Assembly: GCA_964016885.1 (NCBI GenBank)
Contig: OZ024745.1
Location: forward strand, 106,640,001-106,704,000
DNA: 64,000 nucleotides
Reading direction: 5' to 3'
Source: Eledone cirrhosa
Lineage: Eukaryota
Shown here: one piece after another, positions 12,112 through 24,397 of the stretch
How the letters are laid out: every line of letters starts with the position of its first letter
Position numbering within the stretch: position 1 is the stretch's first letter
Made by a program: the position numbers and the translations under genes
Notes under the pieces: model-generated
What the model saw: the letters and a program-made list of their open reading frames with translations, nothing else
What the model was told of the DNA's origin: nothing
Databases searched by the model: none

Positions 12112-12237
12112 TTCCATTGATGAATAGACTGTGCCTTTCGGTGCCTTAACAAAATCGACAGTTTGTAATCGATAATCGATTACTTAGATCGAAGGTTTCC
12201 CTTCGTTCTTTGGTCTATGAAACACTGGTGTTTGGAA
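12112..12237 (+). ncRNA. Type I hammerhead motif (C3U core variant), long loop II
   Basis: Helix I UUCCA/UGGAA; UUGAUGA; helix II AUAGACU/GGUCUAU; GAAA; helix III ACACUGGUGU; GUU triplet. Lies between diverged direct repeats at 11831-11908 and 12338-12410. Confidence 0.72.
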
Positions 12238-12939
12238 AAAATGGCTTTTTACCATCTTGAAGTATGTATATTTTCCTGCATATTATTTGCTCTCTATATA
12301 CCTTTTAAATAATTAATAATTAATGCTCTATACGTAGGTCAATTGAGCTATTTTGTTTAGAAACATGATTATCATACATAAATATATATTGATACCCTAA
12401 CGTAGTATATATATATATATATATATATGATGTCGAAGGACAGAAAGACCGTCAGAGAAATACCTAGAGCGAGGGAAAGAGCAACTTACAATGATATACG
12501 CGTTAGGTTTAGATTACATTGGTAACTCAGATGAAGGTGTGAAGGCTCTGTTTGTTCAGCTTATAAGTTTGTTGGTTCGACGCTTCACTGTTTCATGCCT
12601 CTGTTTTCAGAGCTATACTTGGCAGAACAGTCTGCTTTGTTTGGGTACAGACTGTGTACTAGACATGTATGTGTAAATAGACCAAAGAAGTCAAACTAGG
12701 CTCTTATCAGAGAAAATATCAACAACAAATGTGTCAACGAGGAAGCTATCTATATGGTCAATCCAACTGCTAGAAATTACAAGTAGCATTGAAGTTTACA
12801 TACAGAAATCTTGGACAGGTGAAAAGTCTAGAGAATGTTATCCTGGATATCCTTTACTCATTAAAAGTTGTATTGTTACTGCTGGTTTGCTTTCGATCGG
12901 CATCACAGCCATAACCTAATCATCACTACTACGGCCACC

Positions 12940-12940
12940 A

Positions 12941-13011
<71 letters not shown>

Positions 13012-13041
13012 TTGCTACTACTACTACTACCACGGCCACCA

Positions 13042-13108
<67 letters not shown>
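12940..13108. repeat. (CTA)n microsatellite
   Basis: Directly visible. Confidence 0.95.
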
Positions 13109-13109
<1 letters not shown>

Positions 13110-14532
13110 CAGTCTGCAATGGGTTTTCAACCTTCTACAATTAGCAACTAAATCTTCAAATTAACAGATCTATGCTTTAAGAACGGAAGTACATATACGA
13201 TACAGTCGGAGTTTCAAACCAGTCTGTAAAATATGAATGCGATGGAAATGACTGGAGAATCTTTAATGAGGGGTTTGCTTGATCAGGGCTGTCCTGAAAT
13301 TAAGCAATACTAATTGTTTACAGTCAGGTCCACAGGAAGTGACAGTGGCCATGGTTATTGCAGATCCTTCGAGATCGATGAAACTGATGCTCTTAGTGTT
13401 CCGTTTCGAGGTTATGATGAGAAAAATGTAGACGTAGTGTTTTAGAGTAGGACCTGTATCGCTAGACTGAGCAAGTGTGATAGGAGATGAAGCGAGGCAA
13501 TCGACAGTGCATGGGTGGAAGCAGCATGGGACCTGCTAGATCCAAGGAACCGATGCCATTGTAGTATCGGTAGAATGAGAGGAGAGATGAAATAGCAAAT
13601 CTGTGGGCCAGGCCCTAGAATGTGTCTGTGAGTGAAATTATGCCAGTCAGTCAAGAGGCCTATTCTTGATGATCGTGCTTAGAGAGGCAATGCTATTGCA
13701 AATGTAAGAGCAATACTTCATTGTGTGCTTCACCTGAATAAAGAGAATTCGTTGGTTAAAGGCAAGAGATTTCGATAGGTGGTTCATAGAAAGGTTTGCT
13801 CATGCCGGGAACAACGATACTACTTTCATCAAATTTATCTAGAACGCGAGTAAATCACCAGCAGATCTCGGGATTAACCCGACATGACGGTCCTATGATC
13901 AATACGTTCATCTAGGCTTTATTTTTCAGTCTGTCGATGACTGCATTACTCAATATATTTCTTGTGACGGCAGAGTGTGATTAGAAGGGATATGACTACT
14001 GAATGTTTCTTCGTTGCCCACCTAGCAATACAATAATAGTAGCAGTACTGACGCCTCTATAAATTCATCAAACCCTACACCATGGATAGCAGTTAACCCA
14101 GCACCATCGCTCTTCGAAGACCATAATCCAAATTGCGAAGAATGTTTCCGTAATTCTTACAATACATAAGCAGATCCTTTTAATTCCTTGTCAAAAACGA
14201 TCTTCTACAACTTCGCAGAATGCATATTTCTTCCACTTCCCAAGCATGATGTCGATGTGAGCAGAATTTTTGCTAAGAAATCTTCCTCATTTGCTGCCTG
14301 CTTCGCATCCAACTTTACATTACATATAATAGTTAAGTTTTCTACGAGCCCACTAAGCTCAAAACCATGCACATACATACTTGCCAAGTTTGACACACCT
14401 ATAGTCGCTTCAACTCAGTAGAAACGCCAGCCTTTTGGAATGTGCTTTATATTACTCTCAAACAATGCGCCCCAGACCTAGCCATTTTATTCCCCAAACT
14501 CTTCCACAAATATATCGCTTCCTCTCTCACAC

Positions 14533-14608
<76 letters not shown>

Positions 14609-15494
14609 TCCTTTCTTTCTCCCGGAATGATTATATCCCGTTCTTTAAAATTACGCAACAGTGTCTCTTTAAAAGAAACCCTGCTTACTCTGTCAAATAT
14701 CGTTCCATCACACGTACTTCCAAGTCAAAATTATTGCAGCTTCCCTGCCTTATTTTTTTTTTATTCTAAATTTTTCCTTTGGCTTAGAGACAAAACAAAC
14801 CTAACGACATTTATTAATGACTCTCAGTGAGGTAGAGAAATAATTTCAATAAACTGAAAAATAAATTAAAAATTAAATTAAACTTAATTTAATGCCAGAA
14901 AAAAGACAGCCTGATCTTTTTTGCAGATAATGGACAACTATGTACATAGGTTCGTTTTGTTAAACCTGCCCGGCATAAAACAGTTTCAGCTTGCCTGCAG
15001 ATGAGTTCTTACATTTCTACATATAGAAAAAATTAGGTATAGTTTTGCCCAAGGACAATTTGCATGATAAATAATAAAAAGAGCTAAGAGAAATAACCTG
15101 AGGAGCCAATGTCATATTTGAATATCAGAGTTAAATGTGTCTTAGTGTGTGAAAGAGAGGGAGAGAGAATGTGTGCGAGTTTGTGTGTGGTGTTTTTGTA
15201 TATATATATATATATATTCATTTGATTTACGTTTATAATAAACGCGCCAAACTACACAAAGCCATATTGATCAGTTGTAGTGATTGTACTAAAGTGTCCC
15301 CTAAATGGAATGTGCTAAGCCGATTTAGGTAGCTTTACAGCTTGCTAACAAAAGACAGATAAATTGGCTTCTAATAGGATTAAACCGGTCGTATTTTGTC
15401 TCACTATTTGTATTATTTTTGTTAATATTGTTGTTACTGTTATTGTTTTCTCTTTTTTCTTAATATCATTGCAGCTGTCCCAGATAATTGAGGA

Positions 15495-16450
15495 CAGTGG
15501 ATGGCAGAATCGGTAGAGCACTAGACGAAATATTTTGTAGTAACTTTTTACTGACCTTGTGCCTAAATGAGTTACCTTGTGCCTATATTAGTTATCTTGT
15601 ACCTATAGTTATCATAGATAAGAGTGGGTAGTTGATGGCAAAATCAGTTGAGTTACGAGCAAAATGTTTTGTGATATTTAGCTGTTTCTTTACGTCCTGA
15701 ATTCATATTTCGTCTGACTCGACTTTGCTTGTTAACGAGGTTGATATGATTAATTACCAGTCAAATTTCCTGTCCCTACACATATCATTGTAACCCTGAT
15801 TTCAACATCATTTTTATCGTTACTGGAGAACTGACCTTGTGCCAATACTAGAAAGAATTCGTACTTGGAAAAGGAGTGTGGTGGGTTAGCAGAATCGTTT
15901 GAGTATCGCTCAAAATGATTTGCGTATTTTCAGCGATTTAAATTCTGATTTCAAATTCTGACGAGACCGGTTGCACATTTCATCCTTCTGAAATCCATAA
16001 AGTAAAACACCAGTTAAGCACTAGGGTCGATATTATCGATTATTCTCTTTCCGTGTGTAAGAACTCAATATAGGAAATCGTTATTATTGAGAACTAAAAG
16101 AATCAGATTGGCAGGGCACCAGATACAGTATTTTATGATAGTGTATCATTCTCCTTTACCCCTTCAGTTCAAAACAGTGGGAAATAACTTTGACTTTCAT
16201 TCTTCCGGGATTGATAACAGAAGTACCGATAATATATTGGTTTCAAGTTATTCAATTTTACAATAACCCGAAACGTCTTACCTTTATACGAATCCTTGAC
16301 ATCATTATTGGGGATAACCGCTACAGAAATAGTTGAACAATAAACACTAATTTTTGCTGTCTGAATTCAAATCCTATTGAAGCCGAATTTGAGTGTTACT
16401 CTTCTACGCTCCATAAAATACATACTAGTCAATTATTATAGTGTCGATTT
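15495..16450 (+). mobile_element. Several old, diverged SINE copies
   Basis: Degenerate TGGCAGAATCG heads, TTCAAAT box B and TTTCATCCTT/TACCAG central remnants. Confidence 0.6.
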
Positions 16451-16529
16451 AAGTGAATATCTTCATCTTCCAAATCTGTGGACTGCGCTTCTGCTAGAAA
16501 TCTTTATATAACGGTCAACACGTTAAACA

Positions 16530-17650
16530 TGGATGAGACCAACAAATTTGATGTGGTTAGAATATTTTAACAGATGTTATTAAATCATACCTGCCTTCTA
16601 AAGTGTTCAGAAAATCCGTACCTTCATGCTTCTCCTATATTCTTCATTCTCTGTGTCAAATGGTTTCGTCCACATAATGCTTTGAAGCTAAACGCTGCAT
16701 ATCTTAATTCATACGGTTGGTTTTGCCCGTAAAATATGTCAAGCGATTCTTTCCTGAGACATTCTAGCCACATACGCATAATATCGGAACTGTGATCTCT
16801 CGATTCAGAGAAGTAGCTGCTCTACCTGGAGTGATTCTCTGATCTCCGAGCTACGCACTCTATCGAGTAACGTTACTCCGAAGACCATTCGGAAAAACCC
16901 CATTTCGGCCGCTTGTGTTCGCGATCGTATTCTTTCGGTCATTACCCAAGATTCAATTGAAGATAGCGAGTTTGGCTTTTACATCTCCGTCCCTTCTCTG
17001 GGACTCTCGGGATACGTACTTTTGTGCTTCCATCCAAGCCTCGCACGACAGGTAGCTGACATATCACCAGTTCTTGTAACGTTGGGTAGAGACTGCAATA
17101 TATTTTTCATACAGGCCCCTCTACATAATTGTTTCTACCTTTGGCACAAGGCCAGCAATTACCCAGTACATTACTGGTACTTTATTTTATCGACCCCGCA
17201 AAGATGAAAGGCAAAGTCAACCTCGGCGGGATTTGAACTCAGATCGTAAAGGGACGTAACTATGCTGGAAAGCATGGCGTCCGACCCTCTACCGATACTG
17301 CCAATCCACCGCCTCCCTCTACATAATGCCTGAACGAGACCATTGTTATCCCGCGCGAAGAATGAAGCAGTATTGTTTCCAGCCCATATTGCCGTGTCTT
17401 GGTGGTCTCATTCACGCAATCACAAATTTGATACTTTTCTCAAACCTGCGAAGACTAAGTGTTTTTAGAGACGGCCTTTACTCGCCTCGTCGTAGCTCAA
17501 CCACTGGGTTGTGAGAGATTTCTTGGAAGCTAACAGTGTCACCTATATCTCTATCTCCCCTAGTAATTTACTGCTGATGATCAAGGGTTGCTTACTCGTC
17601 CGTATCTGGTGGCCATATCGCTATCCACTACCTGTTACCCGTTTTCTAAC
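16530..17650 (-). mobile_element. Decayed LINE (RTE-like) fragment interrupted by a SINE
   Basis: Higher-complexity segment with RT-like remnants; not aligned formally. Confidence 0.35.
17130..17314 (-). mobile_element. Full-length SINE with 13-bp TSD
   Basis: TSD CCCTCTACATAAT at 17117-17129 and 17315-17327. Confidence 0.92.
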
Positions 17651-18197
17651 AGAACAGCTATGCTGAGAAGTATTAATTATTCATAATTTTTTTATTGTAA
17701 AGCTCCATAAATGTACATTTTGTTTTAGTGTCTTTTAAGAGGTGGTTTGTTTCCCCAATGTGTTTTTGTAATATAATTATCATTATTATTATCCAGTACT
17801 CGCATTGGTTGCATTTATAAATCCTTTTGTTGTAGAGTTGGTTACTTTTATAACGATTGTTGTTACGGTGGCAGTGGCATGAATTACTGTTTCTTTTGCT
17901 GATGTAGTCGTTCTTGTTAATGTTGTTGTTATTCCTTTTATTACTCTTGATGTTGTTTGTGTTATTGAAGTTGCCTTTATTACTGCCGTTGTTGTTGTTG
18001 TTGTTGTTGTTGTGTTATAGAGGTTGCATTTATTACTGTTGTCGTTGATGGTGTTGATGGTGTTGTTGCTGTTGTTGCTGTTGTCGTCGTTGTTGCTGAT
18101 GTTTTTTCAGTGAATCATTTTGTATTGGATTTTTATGTTGTCCAGCTTTCATTTTAGGGCCATTAGTCTTGTGTATTGACTAGAATAACTCTTTGAA

Positions 18198-19165
18198 AGT
18201 AGTAGTAGTAGTAGCAGCAGCAGTAGTAGTAGTAGTAGCAGTAGTAGTAGTAGTAGTAGTAGTGGTAGCAGCAGCAGCAGTAGTAGTAGTAGTAGTAGCA
18301 GTAGTAGTAGTAGTAGTAGTAGTGGTAGTGGTAGTAGTAGTAGAGTTGGTGGTGGTGATAACGTTGGTTACTAAGTCATGTTTATCTAGTAGTAATGAAG
18401 CCTTTTATTATGATTTTTATATTATTATTATTGGTGGTGGTGGTGGTGGTGGTGGAGGTGGTGGTGGTGGTGGTGCTGTTATTAGTAATAAGGATTTCAT
18501 TTATTGGCCACAAGGACCGACATATAGGGAACAATACCAGAGACTGGGACAGCGGGGTTTTAGAGAAAAATCGAGTAAACAATATGAATAACAATAACAA
18601 AGTAACAAGAAAAATACAAGAAAAATTCCCCAATAGGGGTGGGGGGGGGGGGTAACAATAACAGTTGTAGTTGGGGATAATAAAGATGGCTGTATTTGAC
18701 AAGTTAAGGTAGTCAGGTGGTGGTTATGTGACGACTGCAGTGGTATAGTTGTGGTGTAGTGATGAAGACTGTGTTGCCGTTATGATGATAGCAGTAGTAG
18801 TAGTAGTGGTAGTAGTGGCGGTGGCAGTAGTAGTAGAAGTAGCAGCAGCAGTAGTAGTAGTAGTGGTGATGGCAGTAGTAGTAGTAGTAGTAATAGTAGT
18901 AGTAGTAGTAATAGTAGTAGCGGTGGTGGTGGTGGTAGCAGCAGCAGCAGCAGCAGTAGCAGCAGTAGTAGTAGTAGTAGCAGCAGTAGTAGTAGTAGTA
19001 GCAGTAGTAGTAGTAGCAGCAGCAGTAGTAGTAGTAGTAGTAGTAGTCGTAGCGGTGGTGGTGGCAGCAGCAGAAGCATCAGCAGTAGTAGTAGTAGCAG
19101 CAGTAGTAGTAGTAGTAGCAGGAGTAGTAGTAGCAGCAGCAGTAGTAGTAGTAGTAGTAGTGATG
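18198..19165. repeat. (GTA)n/(GCA)n/(GGT)n trinucleotide tracts
   Basis: Directly visible. Confidence 0.93.
18490..18652 (-). mobile_element. 3' UTR fragment of the Tx1/L1-like LINE at 24398-26975
   Basis: Reverse complement of about 26815-26975 (poly-C, AATAAATGAAATC end). Confidence 0.9.
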
Positions 19166-19296
19166 GTAGAACAGGAGATTTGTTAGTATGTGCTGTAGTA
19201 TTGGTAGTGGTAATAGTGGGACTGCCGGTATGGTGATGGTATGTTGAAGCTGTTGGTGGCGGCCGTGGTAATGAGAATGGTGTGAGGGTCTTGTTA

Positions 19297-20030
19297 TAAT
19301 AATTGTTTCTATTTTTGGCACAAGGCCAGCAATAAACACCAGTGTATTACTGGTACTTTATTTTATCGACCCCGTAAGGTTGAAAGGCAAAGTTAACCTC
19401 GGCAGGATTTGAACTCAAACCGTAAAGGGCCGTAACTCTATGCTGCAAACTATGGCGTCTGACCCTCTACCGACTTATTATAATTGTTTCTACTTTTGGC
19501 ACAAGGCCAGCAATAAACCCCAGTGCATTACTGGTACTTTATTTTATCGATCCCGTAAGGATGAAAGGCAAAGTTAACCACGGCAGCATTTGAACTCAAA
19601 CCGTAAAGGGCCGTAACTCTATGCTGCAAACTATGGCGTCTGACCCTCTACCGACTTATTATAATTGTTTCTACTTTTGGCACAAGGCCAGCAATAAACC
19701 CCAGTGCATTACTGGTACTTTATTTTATCGACCCCGTAAGGTTGAAAGGCAAAGTTAACCTCGGCAGGATTTGAACTCAAACCGTAAAGGGCCGTAACTC
19801 TATGCTGCAAACTATGGCGTCTGACCCTCTACCGACTTGTTATAAATTGTTTCTACTTTTGGCACAAGGCCAGCAATAAACCCTAGTGTATTACTGGTAC
19901 TTTATTTTATCGACCCCGTAAGGTTGAAAGGCAAAGTCAACTCCGGCGGGATTTGAACTCGGACCGTAAAGGGCCGTAACTCTATGCTGCAAACTATGGC
20001 GTCCGACCCTCTACCGATACTGCCAATCCA
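19297..20030 (-). mobile_element. Head-to-tail tandem array of four SINE units, about 181-bp period
   Basis: Units start near 19299, 19480, 19661 and 19842. Three share the junction CTCTACCGACTT(A/G)TTATAA; only the right-most keeps the 5' head. Confidence 0.9.
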
Positions 20031-20054
20031 CGACGATGAATACGATAATGAACG

Positions 20055-20298
20055 ATGATGAAAATGAAGATGACAATGACGATAAAGGTGATGATGATGA
20101 TGACGTTAAAGGTGATGATGATGATGATGATGATATTGGTGACTAACTTATTTGATAACATCAGCAGCATCATTATAATCACTGCCATTACCACCACCAC
20201 CACTACCACTACTACTATTACTACCACCACTACTACCACTACTACTATTACTACCACCACTACTACCACTACTACTACTACCACCACCACCACTACCA

Positions 20299-20337
<39 letters not shown>

Positions 20338-20391
20338 ATACTACTACTACTACCGCCACCACTACTACTAATACCACCACCACTACTACTT

Positions 20392-20424
<33 letters not shown>

Positions 20425-20445
20425 TCACTACTACTACCACAACCG

Positions 20446-20491
<46 letters not shown>

Positions 20492-20594
20492 CACTACAAC
20501 TACTACTACTAACACCACTACTACTACTACCACCACCACTATCACTACTAATACTACTACCACCACCACTACTACTACTATTACTACTACTACC

Positions 20595-20635
<41 letters not shown>

Positions 20636-20736
20636 CACCCACTACTACTACTATTACTACAGCTATTACTACTACTACTACTACCACTCCCAACACAACC
20701 ACCACCACCACTACTACTATTACTACTACCACTACC

Positions 20737-20770
<34 letters not shown>

Positions 20771-20867
20771 TTACTACAACTACTACTTCTATTTCTACTA
20801 CTACTGCTACTGCTACTACTACTCTACTACTACCACTACTACCACCACCACCACCACTACCACCACC

Positions 20868-20899
<32 letters not shown>

Positions 20900-20914
20900 C
20901 ACCACCACCACCAG

Positions 20915-20977
<63 letters not shown>

Positions 20978-22462
20978 CACCACTAGTACCACTACCACTA
21001 CTACTACTACTACCACCACCACCACCAGCACTACTACTACTACTACTACTACTAGAAGGGGGCGGTGTTATTTGTGGTGGTGTTAATCCAACTGTACTGG
21101 ATGATATCCGGTTTAGTACATTTACAAGAGATTATGTTGACGGTTACCATGGTAATTCCTTTGTTTTTATATTTTATGGTTTCACATTATTTTATATTTG
21201 ATGGGTTTTTTTTTATTTCTGTTACATTTATTTGTCAGGGACGGAATGTTCGTAATAATTCTGACATAGCCGTTATATTGGTGACAGTGTTGACTGTGGT
21301 GGGTGGTGGGTGGTGTTGGTGACGGTGGTGGTGGTGGTGGTGTTGGTGACTGTGGTGGGTGGTGTTGTTGGTGGTGGTGGTGGTGTTGGTGACTGTGGTG
21401 GGTGGTGTTGGTGGTGGTGGTGGTGGTGGTGTTGGTGACAGTGTTGACTGTGGTGGGTGGTGGGTGGTGTTGGTGACGGTGGTGGTGTTGGTGACAGTGT
21501 TGACTGTGGTGGTGGTGGTGGTGGTGACTGTGGTGTTGGTGGTGGTGTTGGTGACTGTGGTGGGTGGTGTTGTTGGTGGTGGTGGTGGTGTTGGTGACTG
21601 TGGTGGGTGGTGTTGGTGGTGGTGGTGGTGGTGGTGGTGTTGGTGACAGTGTTGACTGTGGTGGGTGGTGGTGTTGGTGACGGTGTTGATTGTGGTGGTG
21701 TTGGTGACTGTGGTGGGTGGTGTTGTTGGTGGTGGTGGTGGTGTTGGTGACTGTGGTGGGTGGTGTTGGTGGTGGTGGTGGTGGTGGTGTTGGTGACAGT
21801 GTTGACTGTGGTGGTGGTGGTGGTGGTGGTGGTGACTGTGGTGGGTGGTGTTAGTGGTGGTGGTGTTGGTGACGGTGTTGATGGTGGTGGTGGTGTTGTG
21901 GTGGGTGGTGGTGGTGACGGTGTTGATTGTGGTGATGGGTGGTGTTGGTGACGGTGTTGATTGTGGTGATGGGTGGTGTTGGTGACGGTGTTGATTGTGG
22001 TGATGGGTGGTGTTGGTGACGGTGTTGATTGTGGTGATGGGTGGTGTTGGTGACGGTGTTGATTGTGGTGATGGGTGGTGTTGGTGACGGTGTTGATTGT
22101 GGTGGTGGTGGTGGATGGTGTTGGTGACGGTGTTGGTGGTGGTGGTGGTGGTGTTGTGGTGGGTGGTGGTGGTGACGGTGTTGATTGTGGTGGTGACTGT
22201 GGTGGTGACAGTGTTGGCGGTGGGGGTGGTTGGTGGGGGTGGGGTAGTGGTGACCCTTGGTGGTGACGGTGGTGGGTGGTGGTGGTGGTGACGGTGACTG
22301 TGGTAGTGGTGGTGGTGATGGTGTGGATGGTGGTGATGGTGACTGTGGTGGTGGTGGTGGTGGTGGTGATGGTGACTGTGGTGGTGGTGGTGGTGGTCGC
22401 GGTCGCGGTGGTGGTGGTGGTCGTCGTCGTCGTGGTGGTGGTGGTGGTGGTGGTGGTGGTTG
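20055..22462. repeat. (GAT)n/(CTA)n/(CCA)n and (GGT)n-derived low-complexity and minisatellite tracts
   Basis: Directly visible; includes 30-bp units GGTGATGGGTGGTGTTGGTGACGGTGTTGATTGT-like around 21915-22100. Confidence 0.92.
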
Positions 22463-22696
22463 AGTTACATGTCAAGGGCGGAGTACGTCATGGTAGTAGA
22501 AATGATGATGGTAATGACGGTAGTGATGCGAGAAGTTTAGGTGGAGATAGGGTAGAACTGTTCTATAGTTAACGTATTCATTATTATTATCTTTTAGCAG
22601 TGGTGGATTGGCAGGTATCGGTAGAGGGTCAGACGCCATGCTTTGGCGCATAGAGTTACGGTCAGAAGAATCTTTATATTCTCCGAGTGAAAAGAC

Positions 22697-22780
22697 CCTT
22701 CTGACGAGAGTTTATCTTTGCAATGGATGCCGTAAGGACTGTCCGTTTATTTTTGAGACTCGAAACCGATTCGGTAAAGG
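22697..22780 (+). ncRNA. Type I hammerhead ribozyme
   Basis: CCUU CUGACGA GAGUUU...AGACUC GAAA CCGAUUCGG UA AAGG; GUA triplet, cleavage predicted after 22776. Confidence 0.9.
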
Positions 22781-23182
22781 TAACCATAGTAAGTAAAGTT
22801 AATTTTTTTAAATTTATTTTGAAACTTTTTCATTATTTGCTAAACCTTGATTATATATGTTCTGGCTCGTTAATTTATTAACCTGCCATTGAACCACATT
22901 GGCATATGGTTGGACAATACATGTGTCCCTTAGCGCCTTGTGCGTGTAGGAACACATATCCTATTATTACTATTCTCCTCTATGTTGAGAAAAAAATTTG
23001 GTCGTTCCGACTGCTGCTAGCGATAGTGGTAGCCGATTGACCTACCTCCCTCTGCCTCTATCTTTACTTTCGGTCCTTGAAAAAATTGATTCCACTTCAT
23101 TTACTCTCATCTCGGGAACAGTTTTGGATAGCGCTAGTTCGTAATTTAAATTCAAGAATTTTATATTCTTCGAATGAAAAGA

Positions 23183-23266
23183 ACCTTCTGACGAGAATCT
23201 TTCTTTGCAACGAAGGCCGTATGGTCTCCGTTTATTTTTGAGATTCGAAACCGATTCGGTAAAGGT
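23183..23266 (+). ncRNA. Type I hammerhead ribozyme (second copy, compensatory changes)
   Basis: ACCUU CUGACGA GAAUCU...AGAUUC GAAA CCGAUUCGG UA AAGGU; cleavage predicted after 23261. Confidence 0.92.
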
Positions 23267-23369
23267 AACTATAGTAAGTAAAGTTAATTTTTTTTTATTT
23301 ATTTTGAAACCTTTTCAATATTTGCTAAACCTTGATTATATATATATATATATATACATATATAATCAT

Positions 23370-24216
23370 TCCCGGGGGTCCGGGTAAATATTATTTTGTT
23401 TGACCTATTTAGTTTGTCTCGTTTTTATGGCTTAGGTGGTTGATGACTTCCTGACCTCCATCTCACTTTGTTTGGCCTTTATAACCTATGTTTATTGCTC
23501 TGGTCTTTATTTAGTCCATGAAGCGCTTGCCAGCATAACTCGGATATTGAGTTTCGCTTTGTTTTCGACCATTGCCGAAATTCGATCTCGCTGAAATTAT
23601 ATTTGTATTAATCTCCCGGGTCTAGCAATTAACCAGTTAATCTTTATTAGATAATTCTATTGACTGATTAATTGCTTAATTTTATTTTAAAAACTAACCT
23701 GTCGAGAGTTTAATTCGATTTGTGCAATTTTTGCAATTATTGCATTAATTTTACACTTGCTGAATTCATCTGCAGAGAACAGGGGTTATCTCCCTCTCAG
23801 AGTTATACGCGTGGTATTTCACTACTACATACTACTGCATTGGTCCCGCATGCTGGGGCGGAGAACACAATGCATGTTGAGGAATTGACAGCCTTGTTCG
23901 ATCATTGTACCAAAAGCTTATTGTTGAAGCAGGCAGTATAATTGATTTAGGTGTCACAGAAACCCTTTACTGGATTAAACCTTCATTTCCAGCGGGTCAG
24001 GGTAAATATTATTTTGTTTGACCTGTTTGGCTTGCCTCGTTTTTGGGGGGGTTAGGTGGTTGATGGCTTCTTGACCGCCATCTCAGTTTGTTTGGCCTTT
24101 ATAACCTATGTTTATTGCTCTGGTCTTATATTAGTTCATGGAGTGCTTGCCAGCATAACTCGGATATTGCGTTTCGCTTTGTTTTCGACCACTACCGAGA
24201 TTCGATCTCACTGAAC
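23370..24216. repeat. Diverged about 225-bp direct repeat, about 620-bp period, flanked by (TA)n
   Basis: 23381-23595 versus 24000-24215 (GGGTAAATATTATTTTGTTTGACCT...TTCGATCTC.CTGAA). Confidence 0.85.
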
Positions 24217-24219
24217 TTG

Positions 24220-24299
<80 letters not shown>

Positions 24300-24397
24300 T
24301 GTGTGTGTGTTTTTCTAAAGTAAACAGAAAACTAAAAAAAAAAACAAAAAAAAAACTTGGAAGCGAAGAGGCAGTACAAATGTTATTATTAGTTTCA

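Larger units (their letters stand above)
22667..23340 (+). mobile_element. HHR-delimited partial tandem (retrozyme / non-autonomous PLE-like), about 487-bp period, ending in (TA)n
   Basis: 22667-22857 is repeated at 23155-23342. Each repeat carries an HHR followed by GTAAGT. No ORF. Confidence 0.82.

Noticed and set aside
18193-22572. Poly-V/T/G/H/P ORFs resembling mucins or extensins (also 49566-51125)
   Set aside because: Trinucleotide repeats open in several frames on both strands; no splice or domain evidence.
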